Shown one piece after another: positions 1-13,359 of a DNA stretch of 64,000 bases. How positions within the stretch are numbered: the first letter of the stretch is position 1; each line of letters starts with the position of its first letter. Where the stretch lies: positions 40,424,001 to 40,488,000 of the forward strand of contig OX597824.1 of NCBI GenBank assembly GCA_951406725.2, in the 5' to 3' direction. The position numbers and the translations under genes are program-made. Source of the DNA: Octopus vulgaris. Taxonomy: Eukaryota. Below the pieces are notes generated by a model. The model did no database searches. It worked only from the letters and a program-made list of their open reading frames with translations, and was not told the DNA's origin.

Positions 1-789
1 CTGGGGTCTGGTGGAGCCTTCGAGTGTGCCAGCCCAGTCAAACCATCCCACCCATGCCAGCATGAACAGTGAATGTTAAATAATGATGATGATGATGATG
101 ATATATATATAGGAAATTAAATAAATGAGAAGGAAATAAGAAATTATGTAATAAACTACATTAGCTTACAACTGCTTCAGTTCAAAGATGCATTGCACTC
201 AGAGTTGTGGGCTTGTGTATCACCCTCTAGTTTCATTGGAATTTCAAAGATGAAGTGCAATTTTATTTGAGAAGCCATCCATCTTTATATATATCATTAT
301 TTAATGTCTATTTTCCATATTGGCACTGGTTGGATGGTTAGACAGGAACTGGAAAGCCATAGAGCTGTCCCAGGTTCCATTTGTCTGTTTTGGCATGGTT
401 TCTATGAGTGGATGCTCTTCCTAATGACAACCACTTCCCAGAGTGAACTGGGTGCTTTTTATGTGGTACCAGCACATGTGCTTTTTATCTGGCACCAGCA
501 CAATATATATATATGTGTGTGTGAGAGAGAGAGAGGATGCATGGTCTACTGGTTAGGGTGTTGCGCTCACAATCATGAGATTGTGGTTTTAATTTCTAGA
601 CCAGATGGTGCGTTGTGTTCTTGAGCAAAACACTTCATCTCATGTTACTCTGTGATGACTTCAACACCTGATGCATGGTACACCATGCATGTCCTGTTCA
701 GGTAACTCCAATTTGATGGAGGGAGTGAGCTAATGTACAGCACATACATTTGACCACTATACAGTCGTTTTGGCAAAAAGCTGAACACT

Positions 790-1980
790 CATACATCATT
801 TTCAACAGAAGAGTTCATCATATCTCTTATATAAAATCTGTTCTGTCTGTCTGTGTGTGTACGTGTCTTCTAGGATCTCGGGCATCCTCCATCCGATTGT
901 GCTCAAATTTGGTAAGTAGATACCAACAGTATCAGGGCATGTATAAGTTTTGAACAAATTACAAAAATTGATTCCAGGTGAGAATGCTATCAATAAAGCC
1001 GTGGGAACATACATTTGTAAAATCGTTTTTCTTGGAATAGAAAAAAAGTCTATCTTTATTTCTTCTTTTGCTGGTGTCTCAAATTTAGGTTTAATCAGTG
1101 TTACTCAAAGGGGAGGCCTATGGGACGGTCAGACAAGTTGTTTTGAGAAAATTTGGTTTAAATGTTTGACATCTCAGCACTGTCTATTGGATGGTGGCGG
1201 GGGCGTTTTACTCATGTATATATATTAATGTTTGTTTTTATGTTCAGTTATAATAAAAACAATTTTACATTAGTCTGGTGGGTTACTCTATACTTTTTTA
1301 GAGTACAAATTCATTATTCTTATACAAGAATATTGTTGACGGTGACTTCCAATTTTCATTCGGTTATGCCATTGTCAGACTGTGATGCATTGGAATTAGT
1401 CTAGCCTTTTTATGGTCCCTGTTGAATTAAAATCATCTTTAGATGTGTGGGTTTGAGTGGGGTGGTAATTGGTCTTTTTATGGTTGGTTGTTATGAAAAG
1501 ATGTTTTGGAAAAATTTTAATTGATTAAATTTGGAGTTTAAATTCTAAACATTATTGTTTAGAATTTATTCGTGAATGTAGAATTTCATAAACAAGCCTA
1601 TAGATGTTTCTCTTTTGTTAGGTAGGTACAAAGTATGACAGTATTTTTGTTGCTTTTGGTATTATTTGATTTAATCCTTTTGCTTTGAAACTGTTAAAAG
1701 TCAAAGATACATAGCCCAGCTTTTAAGCCCTTAGTAATTGGGTGTGTCAACTTTTTTGGTCATTTCTTTATTTGTTGTTATTTACGGTATTTCCTGCTTT
1801 CATTTGTAAGGTTGAGGTCAGGCAAGTCATTGTTTCTCTTGTGCTTTGATGTTCACACGTGTTTCTCTCTAGTTGTTCATTGTTTTATATGCAATTTGAT
1901 TAGTATGCAGTTGAAACAGAACTAAATGAATGTAGCTTGTTTAATGTTTTAATCCAGTAATAAATACACTTGGATTGTCT
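790..1980 (-). mobile_element. Highly degraded Penelope-like (GIY-YIG) coding remnant
   Basis: Minus-strand fragments such as AFSPGINFCNL and YKRYDELFC resemble the C-x-LC...LNxRxE tail of PLE endonucleases. Confidence 0.3.
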
Positions 1981-2129
1981 TACCACTAACAGGTGTATGA
2001 TTGTGTAGTTTGGAAGTTCACTCCCTAACCATGCAGTTCAAGGTTCAATCCCTCCTACATGGCATCTTGGTCAACTGTCCTCATTTTAGCCTCATTTTTA
2101 CCAGTAACTTGTGAGTAGGATTGAGCCAC

Positions 2130-2419
2130 CACCAATAACACCTACACCGACATTCACACCCTCTCACCATGCCTGACCTCCACTCCTTCCTCCAACACCT
2201 GATTTCAATATGTGATCGCATGTGTATCATTGACGATTTTTTTCTCTGTCTTCCCTTCTTTGGACTTTTTCTATATTTCTGACGAAGAGCTCTGCTCGAA
2301 ACATGAAATCCTCTTTCTTTTCTTTCCTTTCCTGAGCGTCCAATAACACTGTACTTGTTCCACGTCCTCACATTGTTTTTTCTTGCTTGTTCATGTTTGG
2401 ATTAATTATATGTATGTAC

Positions 2420-2461
<42 letters not shown>

Positions 2462-2520
2462 AAAATTCACAAAAAAAACAAGACAAAGACAGGTGGTGTA
2501 GACAACAGATGTATTAGTTC
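2130..2520 (+). mobile_element. Penelope-like 3' end/pseudo-LTR fragment
   Basis: Hammerhead remnant, pyrimidine-rich tail, (TA)n, then an A-rich segment resembling an inverted end. Confidence 0.45.
2275..2309 (+). ncRNA. Decayed minimal hammerhead motif in Penelope-like end
   Basis: attt-CTGACGA-a-gagc tct gctc-GAAA-ca-TG-aaat; the cleavage position is G, so probably inactive. Confidence 0.5.
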
Positions 2521-5359
2521 ATATATATATATATATATAATTCTTAATCACAAAGTAAGTGTGGCTGTGTGATTAAGAAGTTTGCTTCCCAACCACATGG
2601 ATTCAGGTTCAGTCCCACTGCGTGGCACCTTGGGCAAGTGTCTTCTACTACTATAGCCTTGGGCCGAGCAAAGTCTTGTGAATGGATTTGGTTGATGGAA
2701 ACTAAAAGAAGTTCATCATGTTTGTCATTATGTCTCTGTAACTTAGCAGTTTGGCAAAAGTCTGATACAATAAATACTAGACTTTAAAAAATGAAGTACT
2801 GGGTTCAATTCACTTGACTAAAGTTCTCCAAGGCAGTGCCCCAGCATAACTGTAAATTAATGACTGAAACAATTAAAAGATAAAAGATCAGTCATTCCTG
2901 CAGGAGTGGGCTTCTATTAGGGGACCTACAAAACTTGCAGTAGCACAGAACTGAATCAAATTGATTTAAATAATAATAATAATGGTTTCAAATTTTGCCA
3001 CAAGGGCAGCCATTTAGGGAAGAGGCTAAGTCGATTACATTGACTCCCCTGTGTTTTACTGGTACTTAATTTATTGACCTTGAAAGGATGAAAGGCAGGA
3101 CAGTGGCACGTAAAAAGCACCATCCGACCGTGGCCGTTTGCCAGCCCCGTCTAGCACCTATGCTGGTGGCACATAAAAAGCACCCACTACACTCATGGAG
3201 TGGTTGGCATTAGGAAGGGCATCCAGCCGTAGAAACATTGCCAGATCAGACTGGGCCTGGTACAGCCTCCTGGCTTCCGAGACCCCAGTTGAACCGTCCA
3301 ACCCATGCTAGCATGGAAAGCGGACGCTAAATGATGATGATGATAACATACACACATATATATATGGAGAGAGAGGGAGAGAGATGTAATGATAATTAAA
3401 GTCAGATGAAATACTGGAATATAATGCATTAGTTTATTTTGAGCATGTGTGGAATTATTAATCATAGCTGTTGCTATTTTTTCTTTGTTGTTCTTCATGG
3501 TGGTGGTGGTGGTGATTAATGCAATGGTACTTAAAAGAGATAGTTATTGTTTTTACATCGTTGATATTTAATAATGATAAATTTTTTTCTCATTTAAGTT
3601 TCATCTATCATGTGCAAATATGGTGCATTCCTATTGTCTGTTGGCTATTTAAAACTTGTTCTCTAGTAAAACTAGTTATTTCTATTTATACCCAAGATTA
3701 TTATTGCTAATAACAATAGCAATAATAATAATAATAATAATGATAATTATCATTGTTATTTTTGTCGTTATTGTAGTTATTGTTACAATGATAAGGATTT
3801 AAGCATTTTTTACATTTCACTTTTACTGGCTTCAGTCATTGGTCTGAAATCATGGTGGAGCACCACTTTCAAAGGTTTTAGTCTATTATACTAATCCTGG
3901 TAATTATTTGAGTCTGTTTTATTTTATTAATTTCTATTTGTTGAACTGCTATGCTACAGAGCATAAAGGAGTACAACATAAAGACAACATCAGTTGCTTT
4001 CACAGGTGTAAACATAAAACAAAGGCATACACACACATCTTTGTGTATGTGTGCATTTTATCAACAGCTATATAAACTCACAGGTGTTTAACTTGTGACT
4101 AGTTTGATAAGTGCCAATGCATGAAACTCTCAGACCTCAAGTCATTCTCTTACTTCTACTAAATATTAATGAATATATATATATATACATACACACACAC
4201 ACACACACACACACATACATACATACGTACATACACACACAGATAGATATATATATATATATACACACACACATATAAATGTGTGTGTGTGTATGAATGT
4301 GTACATGCACATGTATATACAAATGTATATGAATGAGTGTGTGTATGTGTATATATGTGTACGTAAGTACCTGTATGTATGCATGTGTGTAACTGAAAAA
4401 GCGTGTGTGCCTGCATATGTGCATGTATATGTCCATGTATGCACATGTATATGTACATGTATCCGCTAACTTGGCACCTAATAATGATAATAATAATGGT
4501 TTCAAATTTTAGTAGAAGTATAGCAATTTCAAGGGAGAGGATAAGTCAATTAGATCAACCCCAGTGTCCGACTGGTACTTATTTTATTGACCTCCAAAAG
4601 GATAAAAGGCAAAGATGACCTTAGCGGAATTTGAACTTGTAACAAAGATAGATGAAATGCTGCTAAGCACTTTTCCCAGTGTAATAATGATCCTGATAGC
4701 TCATTACCTTAATAATAATAATAACAATAATAATAATTGTTTCTAATTTTGGTGCAAGGCCTGAAATTTTGGTGGATGTGGGCTAGTTGATTACATCAGC
4801 CCAGGACTTTACAGGTACTTATTTTGTTGTCTCGAAAAGGATGAAAAGCAAAGTCAACTATGATTTTTAATATGGGCACAAGACCACATGCTTTGGAAAA
4901 GAGGAATGTCAGTTTCATGGAGCCCACTGACTGAAGGAGGGGCAGGGAAGAAGAGGTAGGACTACTATAAAAACAAAGGACACATAGCATTTAAATCATT
5001 TTGTAGGTGGACATCTTTATGACAGGAACATGTGATGTTGAAATATTAATTAACATGGACCTTGTTCATTTCTTACACAAACATCTCGGTAACAATATAA
5101 TTAGGACAATATAAATAAAAAAACAGAAAACTCAAACTAAAAGAAAAACTTTTTTCATTTCTGCAATGGGTGCAGATGTAGCTGTAAAGTTTAGAGCTTT
5201 TGTTTAATAGCCATTTAGTTCTCAGTTCAATCCCACTGTATGGCTCCTTGGACAACTGACTTCTATCATAGCTTGTATCAAGTTGAACAATTGCCTTGAG
5301 AGTGGACTTTTGTAGAGGAAAACCATGTGGAAACTCACTTAAATATACATACATACTTT

Positions 5360-5770
5360 AATCTTTTATCTTTATTTGTTTCAGTTATAAGACTGTGACC
5401 ATGCTGGGGTCCCACCTTCAAGGGTTTTAGTTGAATGAATCAACTTCAGTACTTGTTTTTTTTAAGCTTGATATCTATTCTATTGGTCTCTTTTGCCAAG
5501 CTACTAAGTTATGGGTACACATACACACCAATACCAGTTGTCAAGAGATGGTGCAGGACAGACACCAACACACACACACACACATGCACACACACACTTA
5601 TATATATAAGTGGCAGGCTTCTTTCAGCTTCTGTGTACTAAATCTACTCACAAAGCTTTGATTAGCCCGGGGCTATAGGAGAAGACACTTACCCAAGGTG
5701 CCACACAGTGGGACTGAACCCAGGACCATATGGTTGGGAAGCAAACTTCTTTCCACACAGTTATGCCTGT
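5360..5770 (-). mobile_element. tRNA-derived SINE (family A, CORE-like)
   Basis: Shares ggttcagtcccactg..ggcaccttgggcaagtgtcttct and the tail gctccagcatggccacagtc with many copies in the window. Confidence 0.75.
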
Positions 5771-5789
5771 GCTTTACATATATATGTAA

Positions 5790-5975
5790 TATGTATGGGT
5801 AAAGACAGTTCCGTAAAGAAGTGCCGATCTCTAATTGTGGAGGGAACCTATGGAAGAGGTAGAATCAGGAAGACATCGGGCAGATTGGTGAGAAATGATC
5901 TTCAGATGTTGAACTTCACAGAGAAGATAACAAACGACCGAGACAACTGGTAAATTAGTGTACTTAAGAAGACAT
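5790..5975 (+). mobile_element. RTE-type LINE ORF2 C-terminal fragment
   Basis: DSSVKKCRSLIVEGTYGRGRIRKTS...VRNDL...DRDNW matches the GRGRPRKTW...D...DRxxW tail. Confidence 0.65.
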
Positions 5976-6547
5976 ATCATGCTAAGTAAAATAAGTATTG
6001 TGGTCAATTTCCACAGAGTGCACCTGCATGGCTGCAGTCCAATGACAAATAAATAAAAGGTAAAAGATGTGTGTGTGTGTTACTGTCTCCATACAGCATG
6101 TGATCGTTGTAAATGAGTGCCACTGTTGAACAAGTGATGCCCTTCAAATCCAATATTCTGTGTAAACATGTCTGATCATGGGGAAATATTACCTTACTTG
6201 GAAACAGGTGAGGGTTGGTGACAGAAAGGAAATCCAGGTGTAGAGAATTCACTTTGACAAATTCCCTCCAAGCTTTGTGAACATGGAAAAGTGAACATTA
6301 AAAAAAATTATTAGGACATGTGTGTGTGTGTGTACATGCATGGATGCACACACACTTTGCAAAAAACAACAAAACTTGCACACAAGCAAAATTCTGTGAA
6401 CATCCATTGTGAAATATTAGAGGTAACATCAGGTGCCACTTTAATGTGCAGTCTACCTTGCTATTGACACTTTAACATTCAGTGTAACTCTAACCCTAAA
6501 CTTTTACACTTCACCTAACCCTAATACTAAACCCTAATCCTAAACCT

Positions 6548-6777
6548 ATTTCTTTATTGCCCACAAGGGGCTAAACATAGTGGACAAACAAGGACAGACA
6601 TAGGTATTAAGTCGATTACATCGACCCCAGTGCGTAATTGGTACTTAATTTATTGATCCCGAAAGGATGAAAGGCAAAGTCGACCTCGGTGGAATTTGAA
6701 CTCCCAACGTAACGGCAGACGAAATACCGCTAAGCATTTCGCTCGGCATGCTAACATTTCTGCCAGCTCGCCGCTTT
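6548..6777 (-). mobile_element. Young tRNA-derived SINE (family B, Meta-domain-like) with 21-bp TSD
   Basis: Central gactttgcctttcatcctttcggg..gataaattaagtacca domain on minus; flanked by ctaaaccctaatcctaaacct at 6527-6547 and 6778-6798. Confidence 0.85.
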
Positions 6778-7619
6778 CTAAACCCTAATCCTAAACCTGA
6801 TAAGGTCATTTCACATTGTAGATTATGGATACTGAGATAGACCACACACTAAACTAGCATTGAACAGTGCATATAAAGTGACAGATATTATCTGTATGAG
6901 GATATGTTTATCAGTGTTTGTGTGTTATGTTTTTTTAATATGTTCAACATATTCTTGTTACGTACAGAGTAATAGTAAACTAGTCATGTTAAATTTACTA
7001 TTAGTATTAAGAATTATGTAGATTGGGAAGGAATAAGCTAGCTTGACCAGTCTTGTTTAAATTACTATCACAATTGTATATTGATTGCACCTGAATAATT
7101 TTGGTATTGCTATAGCAGACTCTGGGTATGTTACCATCAGCCACTATTCAATCAATTGGAAACAAGTGTATGTGCATATGTATTTGTGTGGTTGTATGCA
7201 GAGAAAGAGAGAAACAAACAATGTATGACTATAAAGTTATCTATTGTTCCTTTGTTTATAGCTGTGTTCTTGTATAAAAGGATTGTGGTGTACAATAGTT
7301 ATTTACCTTCAAAAAAGAGGTAAATAAATGAAAACCAACAAAGTCCAGTGTTGAATGTGTTGAGAGTTTAAATATGATGAAACTTTAAATGGAAGATAAA
7401 TTATCATTCAGTTATGCTTGAATGGATGTACATTTCCACAGAAGAGGATGACGGGGACAAAATGGGATTGAGGCTGAAATAAACAGTAGATGAAGCAAAA
7501 CTATTTCCACTAAAAACCATAAATGTCTATTATGGAGGCCCAAGGATGTCTAGGTTAACTATTTTATTGGTCTTGGTGGGATGGAAGTCAAAATATGATT
7601 TATTTTATTTATTTATTTG

Positions 7620-7992
7620 ACTGGGGCCATGCTGGAGCACCACCTTTAGTTGAATAAATCAACCCCAGGACTTATTCTTTGTAAACCTAGTACTTATTCT
7701 ATCAGTCTCTTTTGCCAAACTGCTAAGTTACAGGGCTGTAAACACACAAACATCGGTTGTCAAACGATGGTGGTGGGGACAGACACATATACATACATAT
7801 ATGTGTGTGTGTGTGTGTGTGTATACACAATAAACTTCTTTTGGTTTCTGTCTACCAAATCCACTCACAAGGCTTTGGTTGGCCCTAGGCTATAGTGGAA
7901 GACACCTGCCCAAGGTGTCATGCAATGGAACTGAACCAAGAACCATGTGGTTGGGAAGCAAGCTTCTTACCACACAGCCATGCCTGTGCCTG
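7620..7992 (-). mobile_element. SINE family A
   Basis: Near full-length copy on the minus strand. Confidence 0.8.
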
Positions 7993-8910
7993 TGGTGAGA
8001 TTTGAGATCAGATTGTGGCAGAATTGGGTAGATAACAACAACAATGACCCTTTTTCTTTTAATTATTGATGATGATAAAGGATTTGGAGTTAATCTAGTA
8101 AATGACCAAATGAAGAGAGTTGGAAGAAGCCATTGTCAGTGGGGGGGGGGTGAAGGTGAACATGTTGAAGTAGTTTGTAGAAGAACCTGGGATGAAATGC
8201 CAAGTTGCCAAAAACAAATACCTTCGAATATATTATATCTGTTTGAAAAATGGCAGAAAATGCTGAAAAGCTTTAGCTTTAGTGGTACATGGTTTCAAGT
8301 AATTTGACTATTTCTGTTATAGTGTTGGGGAGAGGAAAAGGGAAAATAATGTGTGTTTAAAGTTATGTTAATGTTTATGTAATACATACATACATACAAA
8401 TACATATGTATACATACATTGAAACACACATGTGCGTACATTCAAACACACATACATTGTGTGTACATTTGTAAGTCAGATGGTCCTGGAATTTGTAGTC
8501 AAACTGTCTTTTCTTTGTTTATCTTTTTTTTTTTTTAGTTAAGTTTGAAGTTATTTAGAAAAACTTTCGATGGGGGTGGTGAAAAAACAATAGAATAACA
8601 TTTTTGGTGAGTTTATTAGGATTTTGTTTTTGATGTTTTTGTATTGTTTATATATTTCTTCATTTTTTTTAATTTTTTTTTTTTTGCTTTGAGAATTTGA
8701 AAAGTATTTGAAAACTTTTGGGGGAAAAATATCTCTATAACCATGTTTATATACACTGAGTCAGAAGCATTATATAATTTTGGTTTATATACTGTACACC
8801 CATTTGGATACATTATATAACCTTATTGGTTTATACACACCCATTCAGAGGTGTTATATAGCATTGGATGGAATACATTGCAGTATTGGTTTGAGGACTG
8901 TTTGGTGGAA

Positions 8911-9250
8911 TCTGACTTCTACAAAACATGCAGATTCTGCAACAAATGCAGCTAGCTTCTACAATAGCCACAACTGATACTACATCTGCAGCTAGTTTCT
9001 ACAAACGCAACTGGCTTCTACAAGAAATGCAGCTGGCTTCTGTAAGAAATATAACTGGCTTCTACATGAAATGCAGCTGGCTTCTACATGAAATGCAGCT
9101 GGCTCCTACAAGAAATGCAGCTGGCTTCTACATGAAATGCAGCTGGCTCCTGCAAGAAATGCAGCTGGATTCTGCTAAACATGCTGCTGACTTCTGCAAT
9201 AAATGCACCTAGCTTCTACAATAAGTACAACTGACTTCCACAATAGGTAC
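8911..9250. repeat. 22-bp minisatellite (aaatgcagctggcttctacatg), about 15 copies
   Basis: Direct tandem units, degenerate towards the edges. Confidence 0.85.
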
Positions 9251-9974
9251 AAAGGAGTTTGAAAACAAGAATATATCAGAAGTCAAATATACTACAAAAT
9301 AAAATGAGATATTACATTCTTATTGTTGCGTTTCAACTTTTACTTTCTGTGTCATCTGACTGAATCCATTGGTCATGTGAGCCTTTCTGTTTCATTTTCT
9401 GAGGCCAGCAGCTCAACCTTAGTGCTGAGCTAGATAGTTGAGTAGGGCCACTGGAGTTAAAGGACCTCATACGACTACAGCATAACTTGGTTGACCACTG
9501 TTCAATAAAGGAATTGAACTTATATTTACAGAACTTGTTATAGATATAAATGCATAGAAAGAGTAGAATGCAATTTTTTATTTGTGAACAAATAGCCCGT
9601 GGCTTCTGTCTGCATTGAGAGGAGCAGGACTTGGCATTCATTAATTAAATTATTGGCTACAGTAGATGTTTCTGGACAAATCCCTTGTGATAGCTATAGA
9701 GTTAGAAAGACTTGGAACTTGTTTGTTCAGAGGTATTGTTTGATTCAGATATTTTACATTCTTCATGTGGCGTGTGTGTGTGTTTGCATGTATATTTATA
9801 TACACCAAGTCTTTTGATGTACAAATATTCCCCTTCAATTAGATGAACTTGTTTTGTTCTGAATTCTTTAATGTTTAACTGTATCACAGGACCATTAATA
9901 AATAAACTTCTGATTTGCTGATGAATTAGAATGGTTGAAGTTGATTTCACCAAATATATGTGTGGAGCAACCCA

Positions 9975-10478
9975 AAAGTGTGTGCACATGCATGCATGCA
10001 TGCATGCATACATACATATATATATATATATACATGTACACACATATAGATACACATATGTGTATATAAATATATATGCATGTATATCTGTGTGCATATA
10101 TGTATATACATATATATATGTAATATATGTATATATTCATACATACTTGTGTGTGTATATATATATATATATATATAGATAGATAGATAGATAGAGGGGT
10201 TGGTGATTTTTACATGCCACCGGCACAGAAGCCAGTCAAGGCAGCACTGGTATCTGCATATGTATGTATATATGCACATATATATATATGTGTGTATATG
10301 TATATATGCACACATATATATGTATGTGTATATGTATATATGCCTATATATATGTGTGTGTGTGTGTATGTATATATGCATATATATATATATATATATG
10401 TGTATATATGCATATATATATGTGTATATGTATATATGCATACATATATGTGTATATGTATATATGCATATGTATATA

Positions 10479-10517
<39 letters not shown>

Positions 10518-11030
10518 ATATATGCATATATATATGTGTATATGTATATATGCATACATATATGTGTATATGTATATATGCATATATATATATGTGTATA
10601 TGTATATATGTGTATATGTATATATGCATATATATATATGTGTATATGTATATAGGCATATATATATATATATATATATGTGTATATGTATATAGGCATA
10701 TATATATATATATGTGTATATGTATATAGGCATATATATATATATGTGTGTATATGTATATAGGCATATATATATATATGTGTGTATATGTATATATGCA
10801 TATATATATGTGTGTGTATATGTATATATTCATATATATATGTGTGTGTATATGTATATATTCATATATATATGTGTGTGTATATGTATATATTCATATA
10901 TATATGTGTGTGTATATGCATATATGCATATATATGTGTGTGTATATGCATGTATGCATATATATATGTGTGTATATGTATATATGCATGCATATATATG
11001 TGTCTATGTATATGTGTCTGCATATATTAT
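9975..11030. repeat. Compound (TA/TG/CA) microsatellite with higher-order units
   Basis: gtgtatatgtatatatgcatata-type units; source of many spurious ORFs. Confidence 0.9.
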
Positions 11031-11289
11031 GCATGTGTTATCAACCAGAACAACTCCGCCTATATCAGAAACAGGTTCAGTATTCTGGATTAATTCTTTG
11101 TTATATGCTAAATAAAGCACCATATTCTCAGTTTTTCATCCATAACGATAGTCATTGAATTTTAATGCATTGAAGACACACACTATTTATATTTGCCATG
11201 TCATTTACAATACTCGAATATTGTTCAAGTGTGTGAATGTCTTCACTTGTTCTGATTTCATGCATTTATTGACTACCATCTGTGTCATT

Positions 11290-11595
11290 GCTGTGCATTT
11301 CTGCCCACATCTATCTACATTTCTCTGCATATGCATCTACATTTCTCTCCATATCCGTCTACATTTCTCTCCATATCTGTCTACATTTCTCTTCTTATTT
11401 GTCTATATTTCTCTACACATCTATCTACATTTCTCTGCATATGTGTCTGCATTCCTGCCCATATCTGCCTGCATTTCTGCCCACATCTCTCTACATTTCT
11501 GTCTGCATCTGTCTACATTCCTTTCCATACCTGTCTACATTTCTGCCCATTCCTGTCTGCATTTCTGTCTATATTTGTCTGCATTTTGCTTGTAT
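11290..11595. repeat. 22-bp minisatellite (atatctgtctacatttctctcc), about 14 copies
   Basis: Tandem degenerate units. Confidence 0.85.
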
Positions 11596-12711
11596 CTGAC
11601 ACGATGAGTAACAAAAGAAATCCCCACCAAAGTGGTGCCTTGTTGTACACCATATAACAATTGTGCTTTTGTGAAGAGAGAAATGACCTTTTACCTTAAA
11701 ACAGTAAAGAAATGATTTTGAGATTTTCATGTCTTTGTGGTAAACATCACTACAAATTGTAGCATAATTTGACTGATTTACCTCCAGTAGATGACTGCTA
11801 CATATTTCATTTACTTCAGCTGATGAAGTAGCAGTGTCTTTAGTGAATCAGAGAGAATGCCTTGCAGTATTTGCTTCAACTATCTATGCTCTGAGTTCAA
11901 ATCTTAGTTTTGTCTTTGATCCTTCCATGATCAATAAAAGTGTGCCAATCCAAGGCAGTTGATTGGTAGAACTGTGAGAATATTGGACCTGTAGCTTTAC
12001 AGTATTTATTCAGGCTCTTTGTGTTCTAGGTTCAAATCCCACCATCAACCTACTTGGGTGGTAGACTTAACATGTTACCTGGTATAATGCCACAACAAAT
12101 TTCCTTGAGTGTCTTTAATGGAGCCTCCTGTGCACTCCACAAAAGACATCTACAAGCATTCAGGGCAGATCTTCCCCATTCCCTTTCACCAGGCTTGGAA
12201 ACCCTTAAAAGGGTTATGAGCACTGCCTTTCTTCCTGATTTTAAAAAAAATAGATTAATATAGGCAGAAATAAAAACCATCAGGAATTGAACTCAGTATA
12301 GCTAAATATTGGTGAAGGCGTGTGGCCTACTGATTTGGGTATTGCACTCATGATCGTTGTTTTGCTTCCCAAACCAGGATGTGTGCTATGTTCTTGAGCA
12401 AAACACTTCATTTCATATTGCTCCAGATCACGCAGTTGTAAATGTATAACCTTATGATGATCAGGTGTTCCATTCAGGAGGAATGTCGTGATCTTGGTGC
12501 CATGGAAACTAGGTTATCGGCCCATGAGTCCAGGGGACATACTATGTACATATATAGCTAAATGATGTGACACATTTTGTCTACTACTCTACCATCTCTG
12601 CTACTCTACCTAGTAATGTTAAGTTCATAATAAATGTATACACGCTTGCAAGTATGTGTGTGTACCATGGATATGTTGTGTATGAATATATATGTATGTA
12701 TGTATATATAT

Positions 12712-12745
<34 letters not shown>

Positions 12746-12939
12746 TGTGAAATAGAAAGATGAATAATCTTGTTGCAGATTAATCAAAAGTTTAACCGAT
12801 ACCTTGGTAGCAAAAATCACAGCAGAAGACAGCACGGTTGGAGGTACAACCCTATGGTGTGGATAATTGAATTTTAATATTATTAGTGAATTGAAGAAAT
12901 GGAGTTGAACGAAGATTGAACAGAAATCGTTTTATTGCA

Positions 12940-13019
12940 TTCTACACGTGTTTCGAAAGGCACAATTTACCAAATTCCGATTGAATAAGGAGACCATATT
13001 GTGTCTTTCTCTTCAGGAA
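12940..13019 (-). ncRNA. Minimal hammerhead ribozyme motif, mirror copy
   Basis: Exact reverse complement of 13186-13265 in the left arm of the palindrome. Confidence 0.75.
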
Positions 13020-13185
13020 GAAATAGGAAATCCGTTGGAAAAAACAAAAACAGAACAGAGGCGGAGCAAAACAAATTGAACGAGGCTCCTAAGAGCCCTT
13101 GGCCATGGGCTCTTAGGAGCCTCGTTCGATTTGTTTTGCTCTGCCTCTGTTCTGTTTTTGTTTTTTCCAACGGATTTCCTATTTC

Positions 13186-13265
13186 TTCCTGAAGAGAAAG
13201 ACACAATATGGTCTCCTTATTCAATCGGAATTTGGTAAATTGTGCCTTTCGAAACACGTGTAGAA
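13186..13265 (+). ncRNA. Minimal type I hammerhead ribozyme motif (Penelope-like)
   Basis: ttc-CTGAAGA(13189-95); stem II gaaag.cacaat/attgtg.ctttc; GAAA(13251-54); palindromic CACGTG; TA; gaa; predicted cleavage after GUA (13262). Confidence 0.75.
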
Positions 13266-13320
13266 TGCAATAAAACGATTTCTGTTCAATCTTCGTTCAA
13301 CTCCATTTCTTCAATTCACT

Positions 13321-13359
<39 letters not shown>

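Larger units (their letters stand above)
12745..13328 (-). mobile_element. Penelope-like pseudo-LTR with inverted partial copy, lying between (TA)n tracts
   Basis: Hammerhead-bearing unit, inverted duplication and (TA)n on both sides, an architecture typical of Penelope-like elements. Confidence 0.6.
12877..13328. repeat. 452-bp spacer-less palindrome (226-bp arms, 3 mismatches)
   Basis: Arms compared by eye; centre TGG|CCA at 13102/13103; mismatches only at 13063/13142, 13077/13128 and 13099/13106. Confidence 0.95.

Noticed and set aside
8911-9250. CRISPR-like regular repeats
   Set aside because: Contiguous tandem units with no unique spacers and no cas genes, in a eukaryotic context.
9702-11657. 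Dense stack of overlapping ORFs
   Set aside because: Products of micro- and minisatellite sequence.
12967-13257. Near-identical ORFs on opposite strands
   Set aside because: A simple consequence of the palindrome; no protein similarity recognised.
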